Assembly: GCF_006345805.1 (NCBI RefSeq)
Contig: NC_042998.1
Location: 131,378,001-131,442,000 of the forward strand
From: Octopus sinensis
Lineage: Eukaryota
Length of the DNA: 64,000 nt
Direction: 5' to 3'
Shown here: in pieces, positions 39,177-51,523 of the stretch
How positions within the stretch are numbered: the stretch's first letter is position 1
Layout of the letters: each line of letters starts with the position of its first letter
Made by a program: the position numbers and the translations under genes
The notes under the pieces: generated by a model
The model's database searches: none
What the model saw: only the letters and a program-made list of their open reading frames with translations
Told to the model about the DNA's origin: nothing

Positions 39177-39541
39177 TTGTTGTACGATTCTACTTCTTTT
39201 GAATGATCAGGTTCGATCGTCTTCTTCTGGCCATAGAACACGCCAACGATGGCGAAGAATCTCGCTTGTAAGCTGACTCGTTGGCCAGACCCGAGAACCT
39301 CACCGGTCCGTTCGATCGGTTGTAGTGACGCGCAGCGTGCACAGGGGGCAGGGACGTGATCGACTGATGACCCGCACCTACATCACTAGCTCATGGGGTT
39401 TGTTCCAGACTCAGATCCCTATCACGAGTAGTGATTCACCGGTTTCCAGACTCTCTCGAGCCGGGGGAGTCACAACTACTGATACCGCCAGTGTAGTGTG
39501 CGTAAGGCCCTGGACATCTAAGGGCATCACAGACCTGTTAT
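39177..39541 (-). pseudogene. Decayed 18S rRNA fragment (3' region to near the 3' end)
   Basis: Minus strand begins ATAACAGGTCTGTGATGCCCTTAGATGTCC (universal 18S), includes CACGTCCCTGCC..GTCACTACAACCGATCGAA and ends GATCATTCAAAAGAAGTAGAATCGTAC (cf. GAGGAAGTAAAAGTCGTAAC); conserved positions mutated. Confidence 0.9.
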
Positions 39542-40323
39542 AATCTAGAGAATTATAGGCTAAATCTATCATTCTGATGTGTATCTGGTTCACGAAAGCT
39601 TTGAATTAAATAATTGGAGAACATGTATAAAATTAATGGATATAAATCAAGTGAAGAACGATGGAAAATATATTTTAAATAAAACTCTGCGTGAATAATA
39701 ACAATGGTTTTTGATTTTGGCAAAAGACCAGTTATTTGACGCAGTGGGTTTATAGACAGTATAATTCAAACCCAATGTATTGTCACTAATTTTATCGACA
39801 CTTCAAAGATGAAAGGTACAATTAACTTAGGAAGACTTTTAATTCGACGTTGGGGAATAAAACTAGACTCTGACTTCACGCCTACCACTACGCAACTGAT
39901 TTCTTGCATTAAGGCAATCGTATATTTCTAGGATACGAGGATAATGAATTGCATTTATTATGATATATTTCTGGTTCTTACTGAATGAGAACAGAGGAAT
40001 CGAAACATGTTGATACTGGTTGAATCGAAGGTTATGCAACGTAATGGATCTTGATGCCATTTAGTTAGTGCCAGAATTTTTCTTCCGCCACCACTGCCTA
40101 GAAATAATGGTATGTCAACAAGTGAGACTATAAGGGATTGTTTGATCGTTTAGGGAATTATTGTGACTGAACCTCCTCCAATAGATTATATGCAGAGAAA
40201 TAAGCAAGCAGTGGTCGCAATCGAACACTTTAAAATCAGGTCTGCACTTTCAGAGTTGACCTGTAGAGTAAACATTGTTTTCTAGATTTAGTACATGTTC
40301 ACAAATTTTATATGAGTGCTGCA

Positions 40324-40390
<67 letters not shown>

Positions 40391-41676
40391 TGTGTGCGTG
40401 TGTCTGTGTGGTTAATCCAGTGGGTCTCAACCTGAACGCCAATAAACTGATTCTGTCAACTGCAGGCATTCCACTGGCCTTAGGTTATTCTTGCTCTGGA
40501 CGTGTACAGGCGGCAACATCCTTTTATTTGTTTATTTATTTATTTATTTATTCTTCTGTATGGCATTAAACATTTTTGGTGATCAGCGCAACCTCATATG
40601 TAGCATATGGGTCTCAGTTTTCAATGACAGTTCCTATAAGATATCCAGTATTCAATAGGCTCGTATTAATGCAAGAAATCCTTAGTTGAACGGTAGGACC
40701 TAAAGAAGAATATTCAGTATTTAATTCATTGACCAACAGTCAGTGTTGAAGTTCTTCCTAAATCAATAGTAACTTCCATATTTCCAGTGTCAATAAAATT
40801 CCTTTCAATACATGCAGATTTCTCGGCTGGCAAATGAGGATAGCATCCGAAGATAGACCTGGAAGTTCTGGTGGAAGCTTAATCTAGAACTGACTATTTC
40901 AATAAGCACCTCTGTCATCCTAATCAAAACGCCTTACAATATTTGTTTAGTATCATGTTTATATGCGTCTATTTGATATTTCACATTCTGTTTTTACTCC
41001 ATCTACTTCTGGCAGGGCTTCTTCGTCAAACTGGGTAATGCAAGTCTGTTTTATTTTAACCAGAAAAGCCTACAACGAATTCATTCTTCTGCAGTAGAAG
41101 ATGGTTTGGCTGTTGCTACTATGTATTCTGCTATCATCCCTTCTACATTGTCCAAACTTGTGTTATTAACAATGGGTGGTAGCAAAACAGTTGTTGATGA
41201 TTGCAAGGATGGGGATAATGCTGTAGCCGCTACTACTGTGGTCCCAGCGGGAAACTTAGTACTGTCAAAGATGTCACTCGTTGTATTAGTAATAGTGGCA
41301 AGGCGGTGACACGGCAGGATCATTAACACGTTAGCTTCAATGAGGAATAGCATTTCGTCAGTTTTTATGTTCTAGTTTTACTTCAGTTTTTATGTTCTAG
41401 TTTTACTTCAGAGTCAGTAAAATACGTACCAGTTGAACACTGATAATCGACTTAACACTTCCTCCCAAAGTTGCTGGCCTTGTGCGAAAATATGAAACCT
41501 ATATTAGCGAGAGCGGTTTCAGCGATTGTTATGGCGAGCTTTTTCCCTCTCACCTCGCTGATTTCACTTGATATCACGGCGGGTGGCATAATACTTAAGT
41601 CTAAGTTCCAAACTTCACTCCCTTATTGTGAAAAACAGCAAGCTGTAAGAATATATCTGTATCTATTCATATCACC

Positions 41677-41707
<31 letters not shown>

Positions 41708-41730
41708 TGTATGTATGTATGTATATATGT

Positions 41731-41805
<75 letters not shown>

Positions 41806-42001
41806 ATATGTATACATACATATATATATATATACATAAATACATGTGCGTGCTTGTATGTATGTGTTTACGTCTATATGTGCATATACTTAAAATACAA
41901 AAAATACATACACATATATATATATATACACATACACAGATACTCACACAGACATATATATATAAATATATATATATACACATATACATATATATATATA
42001 T

Positions 42002-42075
<74 letters not shown>

Positions 42076-42509
42076 ATATGTATGTATGTATGTATGTATA
42101 TTTCTGTACCTATGCATGCGCAGATAGATATTTATATACGTATCGACTTAGAGAATTTTATTTGATCCCTGCTGAGTTGTAGAAAATTCTGTTATTTATG
42201 TCTAATCTTTAACACACCTGTGCTTTCCAAACAGATCTTCACGATAATGCGATTATCTCCCTTTCAAATTGGAATTTGGCATACACTTCAGGATTATTAA
42301 TATTGAACCACCAGAGTCACACATACACACACACACACGCATATATATATATATATATATAAATATATATATATCACGAAATCTTTCCGGGTACATTTCT
42401 GAATACGATATTTGAAATTTTGCGTAGAAAGCAAATTTTTGAAAGTTATTGTTTTGTATTGAAATCGCAAATAGCATGAAATTACCTTATTAATGAATAA
42501 TTAGTTAGT

Positions 42510-42604
<95 letters not shown>

Positions 42605-42679
42605 AGATACATATAGATATATCGACATCTTTCTGTCATATGTATTATATATTTATGTACATGCATATATATATATGGT

Positions 42680-42850
42680 TCAAACGTGTAGAAAACAAAA
42701 GAGAGAGACAGGTGAAAAGACAAAAAAGCAGGTATATTATTTTTTGACGCTCAGGAAAAATGGAATAGTCTTTGACATTTCAATCCCACGCTCTTCGATA
42801 GAAAAGCTTAAGAGGCAAAAAATAGAACGAGAGAAAGAAAACAGAGAGTG
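42680..42850 (-). mobile_element. Decayed family C HHR element
   Basis: Minus 42769-42805: TTT-CTATCGA-A-GAGC-GTGG-GATT-GAA-ATGT-C-AAAGA. Confidence 0.55.
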
Positions 42851-43320
42851 AAAAAACTGTATCAGGATTAACGGTTTTACATGTTGAAATGACCGGAAGA
42901 TATAGACACACAAGCAAATAACATATGTATATTGTATGTGTGAGTGTAAGCATATGATTTTTGTTGATATTTATCCTCATGGTGATGAGGACATACGGCG
43001 CTTTGGCTACCGGTGAAATACCTAAAGACTGGTGTAATGCTACCTTAATACCATTGTACAAAGTTAAAGGACGGCATGAAAGCTGTGAATAATACTGTGG
43101 AATTGTTCTGTTAGCAGCAGCAGGAAACATCGTTGGCGTAGTATTTCTGACACGGCTAAATGCCCATATCAAAGATAGGATTTACTAGTATCCCTGTGTA
43201 GCTTTTAGGCCAAACGGACGCAGAACAGGAAAATTGTTTTGAACAACAACAAAACATCTAGGTGCATTATTTATCTAATTTACATTTGACGGATAATTGT
43301 CTTCATCTTATTTGTTGCTA

Positions 43321-43364
43321 ACACAACGTTTCGGCTGATATAGCCTCCAGCCTTCATCAGGTGT
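43321..43364 (-). ncRNA. Minimal type-I hammerhead, intact (family D)
   Basis: ACAC-CTGATGA-A-GGCTG-GAGGCTATAT-CAGCC-GAA-ACGT-T-GTGT. Confidence 0.85.
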
Positions 43365-43399
43365 CTTGGGGAAATTTTCAGGCTCGAAATTTCCCCAAG

Positions 43400-43443
43400 A
43401 CACCTGATGAAGGCTGGAGGCTATATCAGCCGAAAAGTTGTAT
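43400..43443 (+). ncRNA. Minimal type-I hammerhead, two substitutions (family D)
   Basis: ACAC-CTGATGA-A-GGCTG-GAGGCTATAT-CAGCC-GAA-AAGT-T-GTAT. Confidence 0.7.
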
Positions 43444-44398
43444 TAACAACAAACATGATGAGGACAAATATCCGTCAAATATAAATAATGTACATAATGT
43501 ACATAATTCCTCATCTATTAAATATAGAACTGTATTCTCTACTAGGTGATTGTCGATCAAACAAAAGTATTTGACACCGTACACCGTGAAACACATTAGG
43601 CGGTCCTCAGTTGCCTCGGCTGCTCTGACAACTCTGTGAAATTATTCGTCTGTGAATGTAGGTGAGATAATAACAGAGCTCTTTAAGATAAATGATTGTG
43701 TCAAACATGTGTCCCAACACTATTCACGATCTTTCTTTCTGTTGTTCTCCTGCAAGCTTTCGGATATCGGACATCACGTTGACTCTTCAACATTCAGCGT
43801 CTTGCAGCAAAGATGAGGACTCCCCAGTCTTTGATACATGACCTCTTGTACGCCGATGGTTGTGATCTTGTGTCACACACACCACACTGATGATGCAAAA
43901 TCCGATGGAGAACATATTGGGCTTCCACTGGATGATTCATACCCCTAAAACGGTGGATTTAGAAAGAGCCAAATGCACTGTTAATTGAGGCCTGCATCCT
44001 CTGCGCTGGGTTGATCATGTGCGTCTTGGTGACAGCAGAATTTCCAAGCTAAAGCTGCATTGGCGAGCTGTCGCAAGACCATAACATAAGCCAAAAAAAG
44101 CCATTCAAGGGCACCTTAAAAGAACAACTTGGAATCTGTGAGATTTTAGAACAGGATTTAGAAGACATATCACGTGATAGGAAAATCTAGAACTAAAGAG
44201 TCTATGGTGGAGCATCCATATTCCAGCAAAATGCAAATGAGTGGCCAAGCTTAAGGAGCTCAGCATGAAAAGACGATTCCACTGACCCTACAGTTACTCA
44301 CCTAGTCTGTGAAATATGTGAGCTACTAGAGAAACCATATAGAAAGACTTGCAACAAACTACAACAACTTTCTTGCTGGGGCCAAACTCACATGTACC

Positions 44399-44624
44399 TA
44401 TTTCTTTACTACCCACAAGGGGCTAAACACAGAAGGGACAAACAAGGACAGACAAACGGATTATCGACTCCAGTGCGTAACTGGTACTTATTTAATCGAC
44501 CTCGAAAGGATGAAAGGCAAAGTCGACCTCGGTGGAATTTGAACCCAGAACGTAACGGCAGACGAAATACCGCAAAGCATTTCGCCCGGCGCGCTAACGT
44601 TTCTGCCAGCTCACCGCCTTCAAC
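44399..44624 (-). mobile_element. Young full-length SINE family B with 12-bp TSD
   Basis: CTCACATGTACC at 44387-44398 and 44625-44636; intact tRNA-like head. Confidence 0.92.
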
Positions 44625-44880
44625 CTCACATGTACCATCTACCAGAAGAATGTGTGTAAATAGCTCAGGTTTATATAACCATATGAGGATGCTCAGAGAA
44701 AATCATCAGAACGATCCAGAACAACCAAGAAGTCAAAAGAATTTGTACGAATATCGAACCTGCAACAAGTTCTGTAAGTGGCTGGCAGGATTCAAGGGAC
44801 GTTGTCGTTCTCACTTGAAATGCTATGGTACACATATTTAGACAGCCATAGTAATACTCGTTCAACGAGTTGACAGCCAT

Positions 44881-44944
<64 letters not shown>

Positions 44945-45173
44945 TGTGTAAATGTGTGCCAGTGTGTGTGTGTCTTTTTTTTTCTGTTTATGCACGTTTA
45001 CACATGCATCTATACGTACATGCTTACGTATATACATAGGTGTGCGTTTCACTTGAATAAAATTTGTAAAATTTTAGATTGATACACCTTCGTCAATTCT
45101 TTCTTATTACCATTTACGTGAGACACTGAATAGTTTTTAAATATTCCCCTAATTTTTTTCTTTCTTCCAACAG

Positions 45174-45269
45174 TTCAAGACAGTAGTCAATAACAATATT
45201 GAGGATGGAAGTCTACAAGATGCTGAATTGCATTCGGCATCTTCATTTAGTAGACGCAAAAGTCATTAG
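45174..45269 (+). CDS. Candidate terminal coding exon of an unidentified host gene (FKTVVNNNIEDGSLQDAELHSASSFSRRKSH*)
   Basis: Strong acceptor 'ccctaatttttttctttcttccaacag' (CTAAT branch point plus polypyrimidine tract); only phase 0 is open; non-repetitive. Confidence 0.4.
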   Translation, partial: FKTVVNNNIEDGSLQDAELHSASSFSRRKSH

Positions 45270-46474
45270 TGGTAACTCAACGTTCAATTGTATGTTGAGG
45301 GACAATTTTATTTAAGTTACAAACTGGGTGGGGGCAACAATTCTATATAATCGCTTGCCTATTTTGTTGTTAATATAACAACTAAATCTCCAAGACAATC
45401 ATTGTAAATGAGAAGAGTTACAAACTTGTGTCAGGTTACTTTTAAAAATAGAAGTAGCACGTATTAATTTGCTCTATCTTTTTCTTTTTTCAAATTACAG
45501 CTCAAAAATTCTTTCTACGTCATTTTTTTTTTTTACTTAATCAAGTGAGATGGGACAGCCCAATGACCATTGTATGTCCGCTCAGTTACATCATATTAAT
45601 ATGGTTGATGCTCAGCTTGAACTTATGTCAGTAGATGCATGAATATAAAAAGTGGCTGGGAGAGAATGCTAGAGATCCATACCTATTGAATGGGATGACT
45701 ATGGAAAGAAAGGATATCATGCATTGCTTGGTAGATTGTAACACATCTCAGATCCTCAGAAGTTAGATTCTTGTTAAACAGTTATTCAATGATATAGCTC
45801 CTCTGCTAGTGAGTTCACTGAAGCAGAATGTGATCCAACTGGTTCGATATCGAGATTATTTAGTTAAAAGAACCATTTGTTTCCTCTCTGTAGTATATAA
45901 CTCCAAAATAGTTTCATAGCAACATTAGTAAATATTCCTATATGGAATTAATTAACTTATATACTCTACGTGTACCGTTCAATTGTTTTCGGCACAAAGC
46001 CCAACTTGCAATTTACAGGAATATGGTGGAATGATTTTTATCCTTTCATCTTATGGGAAATGGTTTTTATCGACCGTGAGATGAAAGACAAAGATGCTGT
46101 CGCCGGATCATGAACTGGCAACTGAGAAGAAGAGAACGGAAAATACTGGAATGAATTTAGTCCGGTGTTATACTGTCTCCGGTATTGATACTGATTCTAA
46201 TTGAACTAATACTGATTGATAGGAATTGGTAAGTAAGGTGTATATTTGATTAACCTACAGTACATGCACAATTTATTGACCTCTGAAAAACGAGGGAGAA
46301 ATATAAATAATAATTGAAATAGTGAAATATTTTATTAGATACAAGATTTAACAAAAATAGCCTAAAGAAAACGACATCATCATTATCAGCAGCAGCAGCA
46401 ACAACAACATCAACAGCAGTAGCAGCAGCAACAGTAGTAGTAGTCCTTTCTACTATAGATACAAACTCTGACAC

Positions 46475-46645
46475 TTGGGGTAACGGGACTAGTCGATTAC
46501 ATCGGCCCCAGTGTTTTAGCTAATACATCATTAAGAATGAAAGAATGAAAGGCAAAGTCGACCTCAGCGGAACTTGAGTTTAGAACGCAAAAACGGACGA
46601 AATGCCGCGAAACATTTTGCCTGGTGTGCTAACGATGCTGCCAAC
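46475..46645 (-). mobile_element. SINE family B
   Basis: 'gaatgaaaggcaaagtcgacctcagcggaacttgagtttagaacg'. Confidence 0.8.
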
Positions 46646-46647
46646 TC

Positions 46648-46656
46648 GACGCTTTA

Positions 46657-46716
<60 letters not shown>

Positions 46717-46737
46717 GTAATAATAGTAATAATAGTA

Positions 46738-46823
<86 letters not shown>
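46648..46823. repeat. (TAA)n array
   Basis: Direct observation. Confidence 0.95.
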
Positions 46824-46825
<2 letters not shown>

Positions 46826-47992
46826 TAAGCGTAGGTGAGTACATCCACAGTGAAAGAAGAGAAATAACAGAGTATTTGGTAAACAGCGAACAAAACCTGC
46901 TACAGTATGCTGCTAATGTAGAAATATTTACCGACATGTGCATTGAGAGGGCTAAGGAATTCCGATCAAGAATAGCCAGTGAGAGAGAACAAACACTACT
47001 CTGCATAGAATTACATGGTCAGTTCCAACGCGAAACTAACAACTTAAAAAACCAGGAAGCATCACGGAGATGGCTCAACAAAAGTGACATTAAAAGGAAG
47101 ACTAAAAGCCTAATCATCACTGCCCAGGGCCAGGCATTGTTAGCATTTGTGAAAGTCTTGCGCAGAAAGAGCACAAGCGCAGACACGACAAGGTAGCCTG
47201 GAACCTTCACTGGCTACTATGCCGGAAGGTATGGATACGCGGAAACGGGTGTTTGGTACCAACATATACTAGAAAAGTCATATTGATTTATAAGGGCCGG
47301 ATTCTCGGTTTTCATGGGGTATGTACTTCCTACCTGGACGGGACATTGGTTCGTCGTGGTACAACTCATTTTTAACAATTGAGTGGATGAGAGCAAAGTG
47401 AAATGAATATTTTGCTCAAGAAAACAATGCGTCACACGGTCCAGGAATCGAAACCACAATCTTACGATCAAGTGTTCAACACTTTAGGTACAAGGCCACG
47501 CACCTCTACTAGATTGGTAAAATGGAAAGTAGGAAAACGGAAAGGCAAATATCCATTGGGACTGACTTGCAGTTAGACAACGTGTTCGAGCACCGAAGGC
47601 CAGATATTGTAGTTTTGGGGTGGGCAAGCAAGAGCACCTGATAATCAACGTAGCAGTGCCAGGAGATCAACATATTATCATGAAAGAAAGAGAAAAATTA
47701 TGTCAAATATGGAGACCTGAGAATTGAGATCCCCAAAATGCGTCAGCTGCGAGAGTCAAACATAAAGATTGTTCCTGTTGTCGTCATATTATTGGGTTCA
47801 ATACCACCCAAGCTGAAGAAACATCTGAAAACCTTAGAAATACCCTACAATCTAGGTGTATTGCAAAAACATCGGTTTTACTTGGAACTTCACGCATACT
47901 GAGTAAAGTATTGTCTGTCTGTGTTCCTTGTTGCGAATTGGCGGACAGTACAAACCCCCGGTACACGCAATATCTTCGACCTACAGCATCAC
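46824..47992 (+). mobile_element. 5'-truncated R4/Dong-like non-LTR element (post-RT region, RLE domain, 3' UTR)
   Basis: IELHGQF..WLNKSDIKRKTKSLIITAQGQAL; RHDKVAWNLHWLLCRKY; EHRRPDIVV..IINVAVPGD; LGTSRILSKVL; ends 'agcatcac' then (TAA)n. Confidence 0.88.
47274..47506 (-). mobile_element. tRNA-derived SINE (fourth family) inserted in the Dong-like element
   Basis: Minus head 'gaggtgcgtggccttgtacctaaagtgttgaacacttgatcgtaagattgtggtttcgattcctgg'; possible TSD TACTAGA (47267 / 47507). Confidence 0.75.
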
Positions 47993-48038
<46 letters not shown>

Positions 48039-48050
48039 TAATAAAAAATA

Positions 48051-48140
<90 letters not shown>

Positions 48141-48155
48141 AAGAAGAAGAAGAAG

Positions 48156-48184
<29 letters not shown>

Positions 48185-48188
<4 letters not shown>

Positions 48189-48636
48189 CCTAACAACCTT
48201 TAATAATCTCATGTATTCCACTGCTTAAGTCGTAACTCCACAACTACGTGTCAATGAGGACACGGAAAAGGACCAACCATGTCAATAGACCTCCTCTGTC
48301 AGCGGATGTATCAGTTCTCGAAAAAACTTGCTAAAGAAGTAAATGTTAAGACAAAACGAGCTAGAAAAATCAAGCAAAAATATAAAAATCAAAGATTTTA
48401 TAAACCTCCCTGCAGCTAAGGAACTAGTGAAACAGCGAATACTGCTGACAGGCCAACGGCTTGGAATATATGACTTAAGAATCAAATTTTCTAGACAAAA
48501 CAAGATATTGGAGACGGATGCAAAGAAATTTTGTAGGGAAACTGGCAAAAGTAAGATAGAAGTAAAGTATACGCCTAAGATTGTGGAAATGGAAGAGTTC
48601 TTGAAGAAGATATGGAGCAACAAAAAAGAATATAAT
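48185..48636 (+). mobile_element. R4/Dong-like N-terminal ORF fragment
   Basis: LPAAKELVKQRILLTGQRL..KFSRQNKILETDAKKFCRE..EMEEFLKKIWSNKKEYN. Confidence 0.75.
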
Positions 48637-49106
48637 GATCCTCTGTTTTAACTGCTCTGTTACTGCATCAAACCCGTTCTTCCGCATTTTATATTTCTTC
48701 TCTAATTTTTCTCGGTCGGTCTTTTTCCCATTTTTCCAGTTTGCTCTTAGATATTGCTCAATTTTTCCTAGATCTTGCCTTGCCCGCATTATGTCCCCTG
48801 TTCCTTCTGCCTTACTTTTCTCCCAGCTTTCAACACCTAACTGTTTTCAACTTCGACCATTCTTTGTAGCCCATCCACAGGGTCTCTCATACTCTCATTA
48901 ATCCGAGATATTTCAACTCCAGTTCAGTAACCCTTCCTCTTAATCACTCTCACTTGGTTCATTAGTTTATTTTCTGACATTGGACACATGTCCTTTTCAG
49001 TCCCAAATTTCAAGGTATGTCGGCCTACTCCGCGACTTCTTTCCAGCTTTGCTCTTTCATGACATTCAATAAGTGTATCGTACTCTTCCTTCGTCCACTT
49101 ATGTAG
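48637..49106 (-). mobile_element. R4/Dong-like N-terminal ORF fragment (different subfamily)
   Basis: KWTKEEYDTLIECH..MSENKLMNQVRVIKRKGY..LEKKYKMRKNGFDAVTEQLKQRI; preceded on minus by (TAA)n 49107-49240. Confidence 0.75.
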
Positions 49107-49124
49107 TATTATTATTATTATTAC

Positions 49125-49193
<69 letters not shown>

Positions 49194-50274
49194 CATCATC
49201 CTCATCATCATCATCATCATTACTATTATTATTATCATTAATTTTGGAACAAGGCCAGAAATTTTGAGCAGAGGAGAGATATTAGCTGGTCATAGTTTGA
49301 ATGCCTTTGATTATATGTGATCCGTCAAAACTAATACAGAGCTAAGTACAAAAAATGTACTTTCTATTGTTAATAAATTCTATAAACGGTATATTGAAAT
49401 ATATCAGGTTGGAATCCATGGCTCATTGTTATTTACACACACATCACATTTGTTCAGGTATATTGCATAGGCAATAATTTTATTTGCTCTTTGAAGACAA
49501 AAAACATGAATTTACTATTTCTATTTCATAAATATCGGAATTACTTAAACTGATAAACTCATTTTACCCTAGCTGTGAAATTGATGACAAGCTTTAAAAA
49601 GACGATAACAGTTGGTATGACACTGCATAATATCAAAAGATGTTCTTTCTGGAAACTCAGTATATCTTGGGAATCATAAATTAGTCACCATGCATTACTT
49701 TAAGGGGTTGTCACGCAGATGGAATACTTCCTGATATTACAGTCAGAGACCATGTTGTCTCAAATACTAATTCAAATTATTGAATGATGTTTTATATCGT
49801 AACTAACAGAGGTAGATCGGGCTGATGCAGTCGTTATACAGGATCAAATACTATGCAATACTTAATTACAACAACCCTCTCTTAGCTCTAATCCCGTCAC
49901 GATCGACTTCATTCCTTTCATCGTTGCAAGAATCTATCAAACAAGTGGTAAAGTGTGGCGATAGATATGACTGTGATTGGTGTCGTCGCACAAAATATTT
50001 GGCCTTATGCCAATATTAGAAACTATTGAAACAAGTAAAGTTATAAAACTGGCATTCTTTCAATACTTGAAATGTTTGTAGCTTTAGAATTTTGCTACAT
50101 TACTATAAAAGAAGAGTTCGACTGAAATGAAACATATATATATTAGATTTAGTTACGCACGTTCTCATCAACAAAAACAACAGCGACAACGACTACAACA
50201 ACAACAACATTATATCATATATACACACGAATACATTGAATTGATTACAAATTTCATTTCGTATCTTTTATCTA

Positions 50275-50665
50275 TTATCTTGTATTTGCTTCCTTCAATG
50301 GCGTTGTTGGGGCAGCACCCTGAACGGTTTTAGTCGAACAAATCGAACGCAGTAGTTAATATGTTTTAAGCCTGGTACTTATTCTATCCTTCTCTTTTTG
50401 TTGATACGCTAGGTTATGTGGACGTAAATAAACCAGCATCGGTTGTCAAGAGCAATGGGGACAACGACCACACACACACACACACACCACACACACACAC
50501 ACACACACACGACTGACTTATTTCAGTTTCTGTTAACCAAATTCCCTCACAAGGATTTTGTTGGCCAAGGGCTATAGTAGGAAACATTTAGCCAACATGC
50601 CACGCAGTAAGACTGACTCCGAAACCAATTGCCTGGGAAGCAAACTTCATACAACAACGCTACGC
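50275..50665 (-). mobile_element. SINE family A
   Basis: Tail and head motifs with internal (CA)n. Confidence 0.8.
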
Positions 50666-51340
50666 TTGTCACCAAAATATTTAGAACATATGATTGCTGA
50701 ACATTTAAATGTTCAAACATACTCGGGGTATAAAACGAGTTTATACTGCACCCTGTGGCATATTAGTTAAGATCATTGGACATGAAGATCTATAAATATT
50801 TATTCCATGGCAAGTAAATATGTTTCAAGCATAGTGACATACTTTAACATACTGAATTCTGTAACGTTTATTAAAATAAACTTTAATAGTTATTAAACTA
50901 GCACTAGCATGTTAATTAGCTTGTCCGCTTGTGTACATTGAAGCATTTTAATGTCTGTACAAGCAGCCATCTCTTCATCTAAACAGTGACAGTAATAAAC
51001 TTCTTTTTTCCTAGTTTCAAGGTGTTTTGTGCAAAGACCAAGTAACATATGTGTATGTATTTGTGTCTGTGAGTGTGTGCGTGTGTACGAATGTGTGAGT
51101 GTATCTTCATGTGTGCGTATGTATGTATACAGATGCATGTGTGTGTATAGATGTGCGCATTTGTGCATGTGCATATATGTAAAGTGAAAACAACATAAAT
51201 TTAAAAGGCTGGAAACGTGACATTCATAAAATTTACGAAAGAGGCAAGCATGTTCCATATTCAGTATTCATGTATGTTTGTATGTATGTATTTATGTGTA
51301 TCTATATGTGTGTGTACTTATACATGTATATGTGTGTGTG

Positions 51341-51372
<32 letters not shown>

Positions 51373-51429
51373 ACGGGAAGCTTTATGAAAATAAACAAAA
51401 GACGAAGGCAGGTGGAAAACAAACGAACA

Positions 51430-51523
<94 letters not shown>

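Larger units (their letters stand above)
43265..43541. mobile_element. 277-bp palindromic double-hammerhead element (family D) with 7-bp TSD
   Basis: CTAGGTG at 43258-43264 and 43542-43548; arms ~43265-43377 / 43387-43490. Confidence 0.85.
42975..44700 (+). mobile_element. Degenerate RTE-clade LINE (RT to C-terminal zinc finger), interrupted twice
   Basis: GEIPKDWCNATLIPLYKVKG, VIVDQTKVFDTVHRE, DLLYADG(D)CDLV, LRWVDHVRLGDSRISK and SGLYNHMR motifs. Confidence 0.8.

Noticed and set aside
39255-39545. Functional 18S rRNA gene
   Set aside because: Only a ~365-bp fragment, with mutated universal positions and no rDNA context; called a pseudogene
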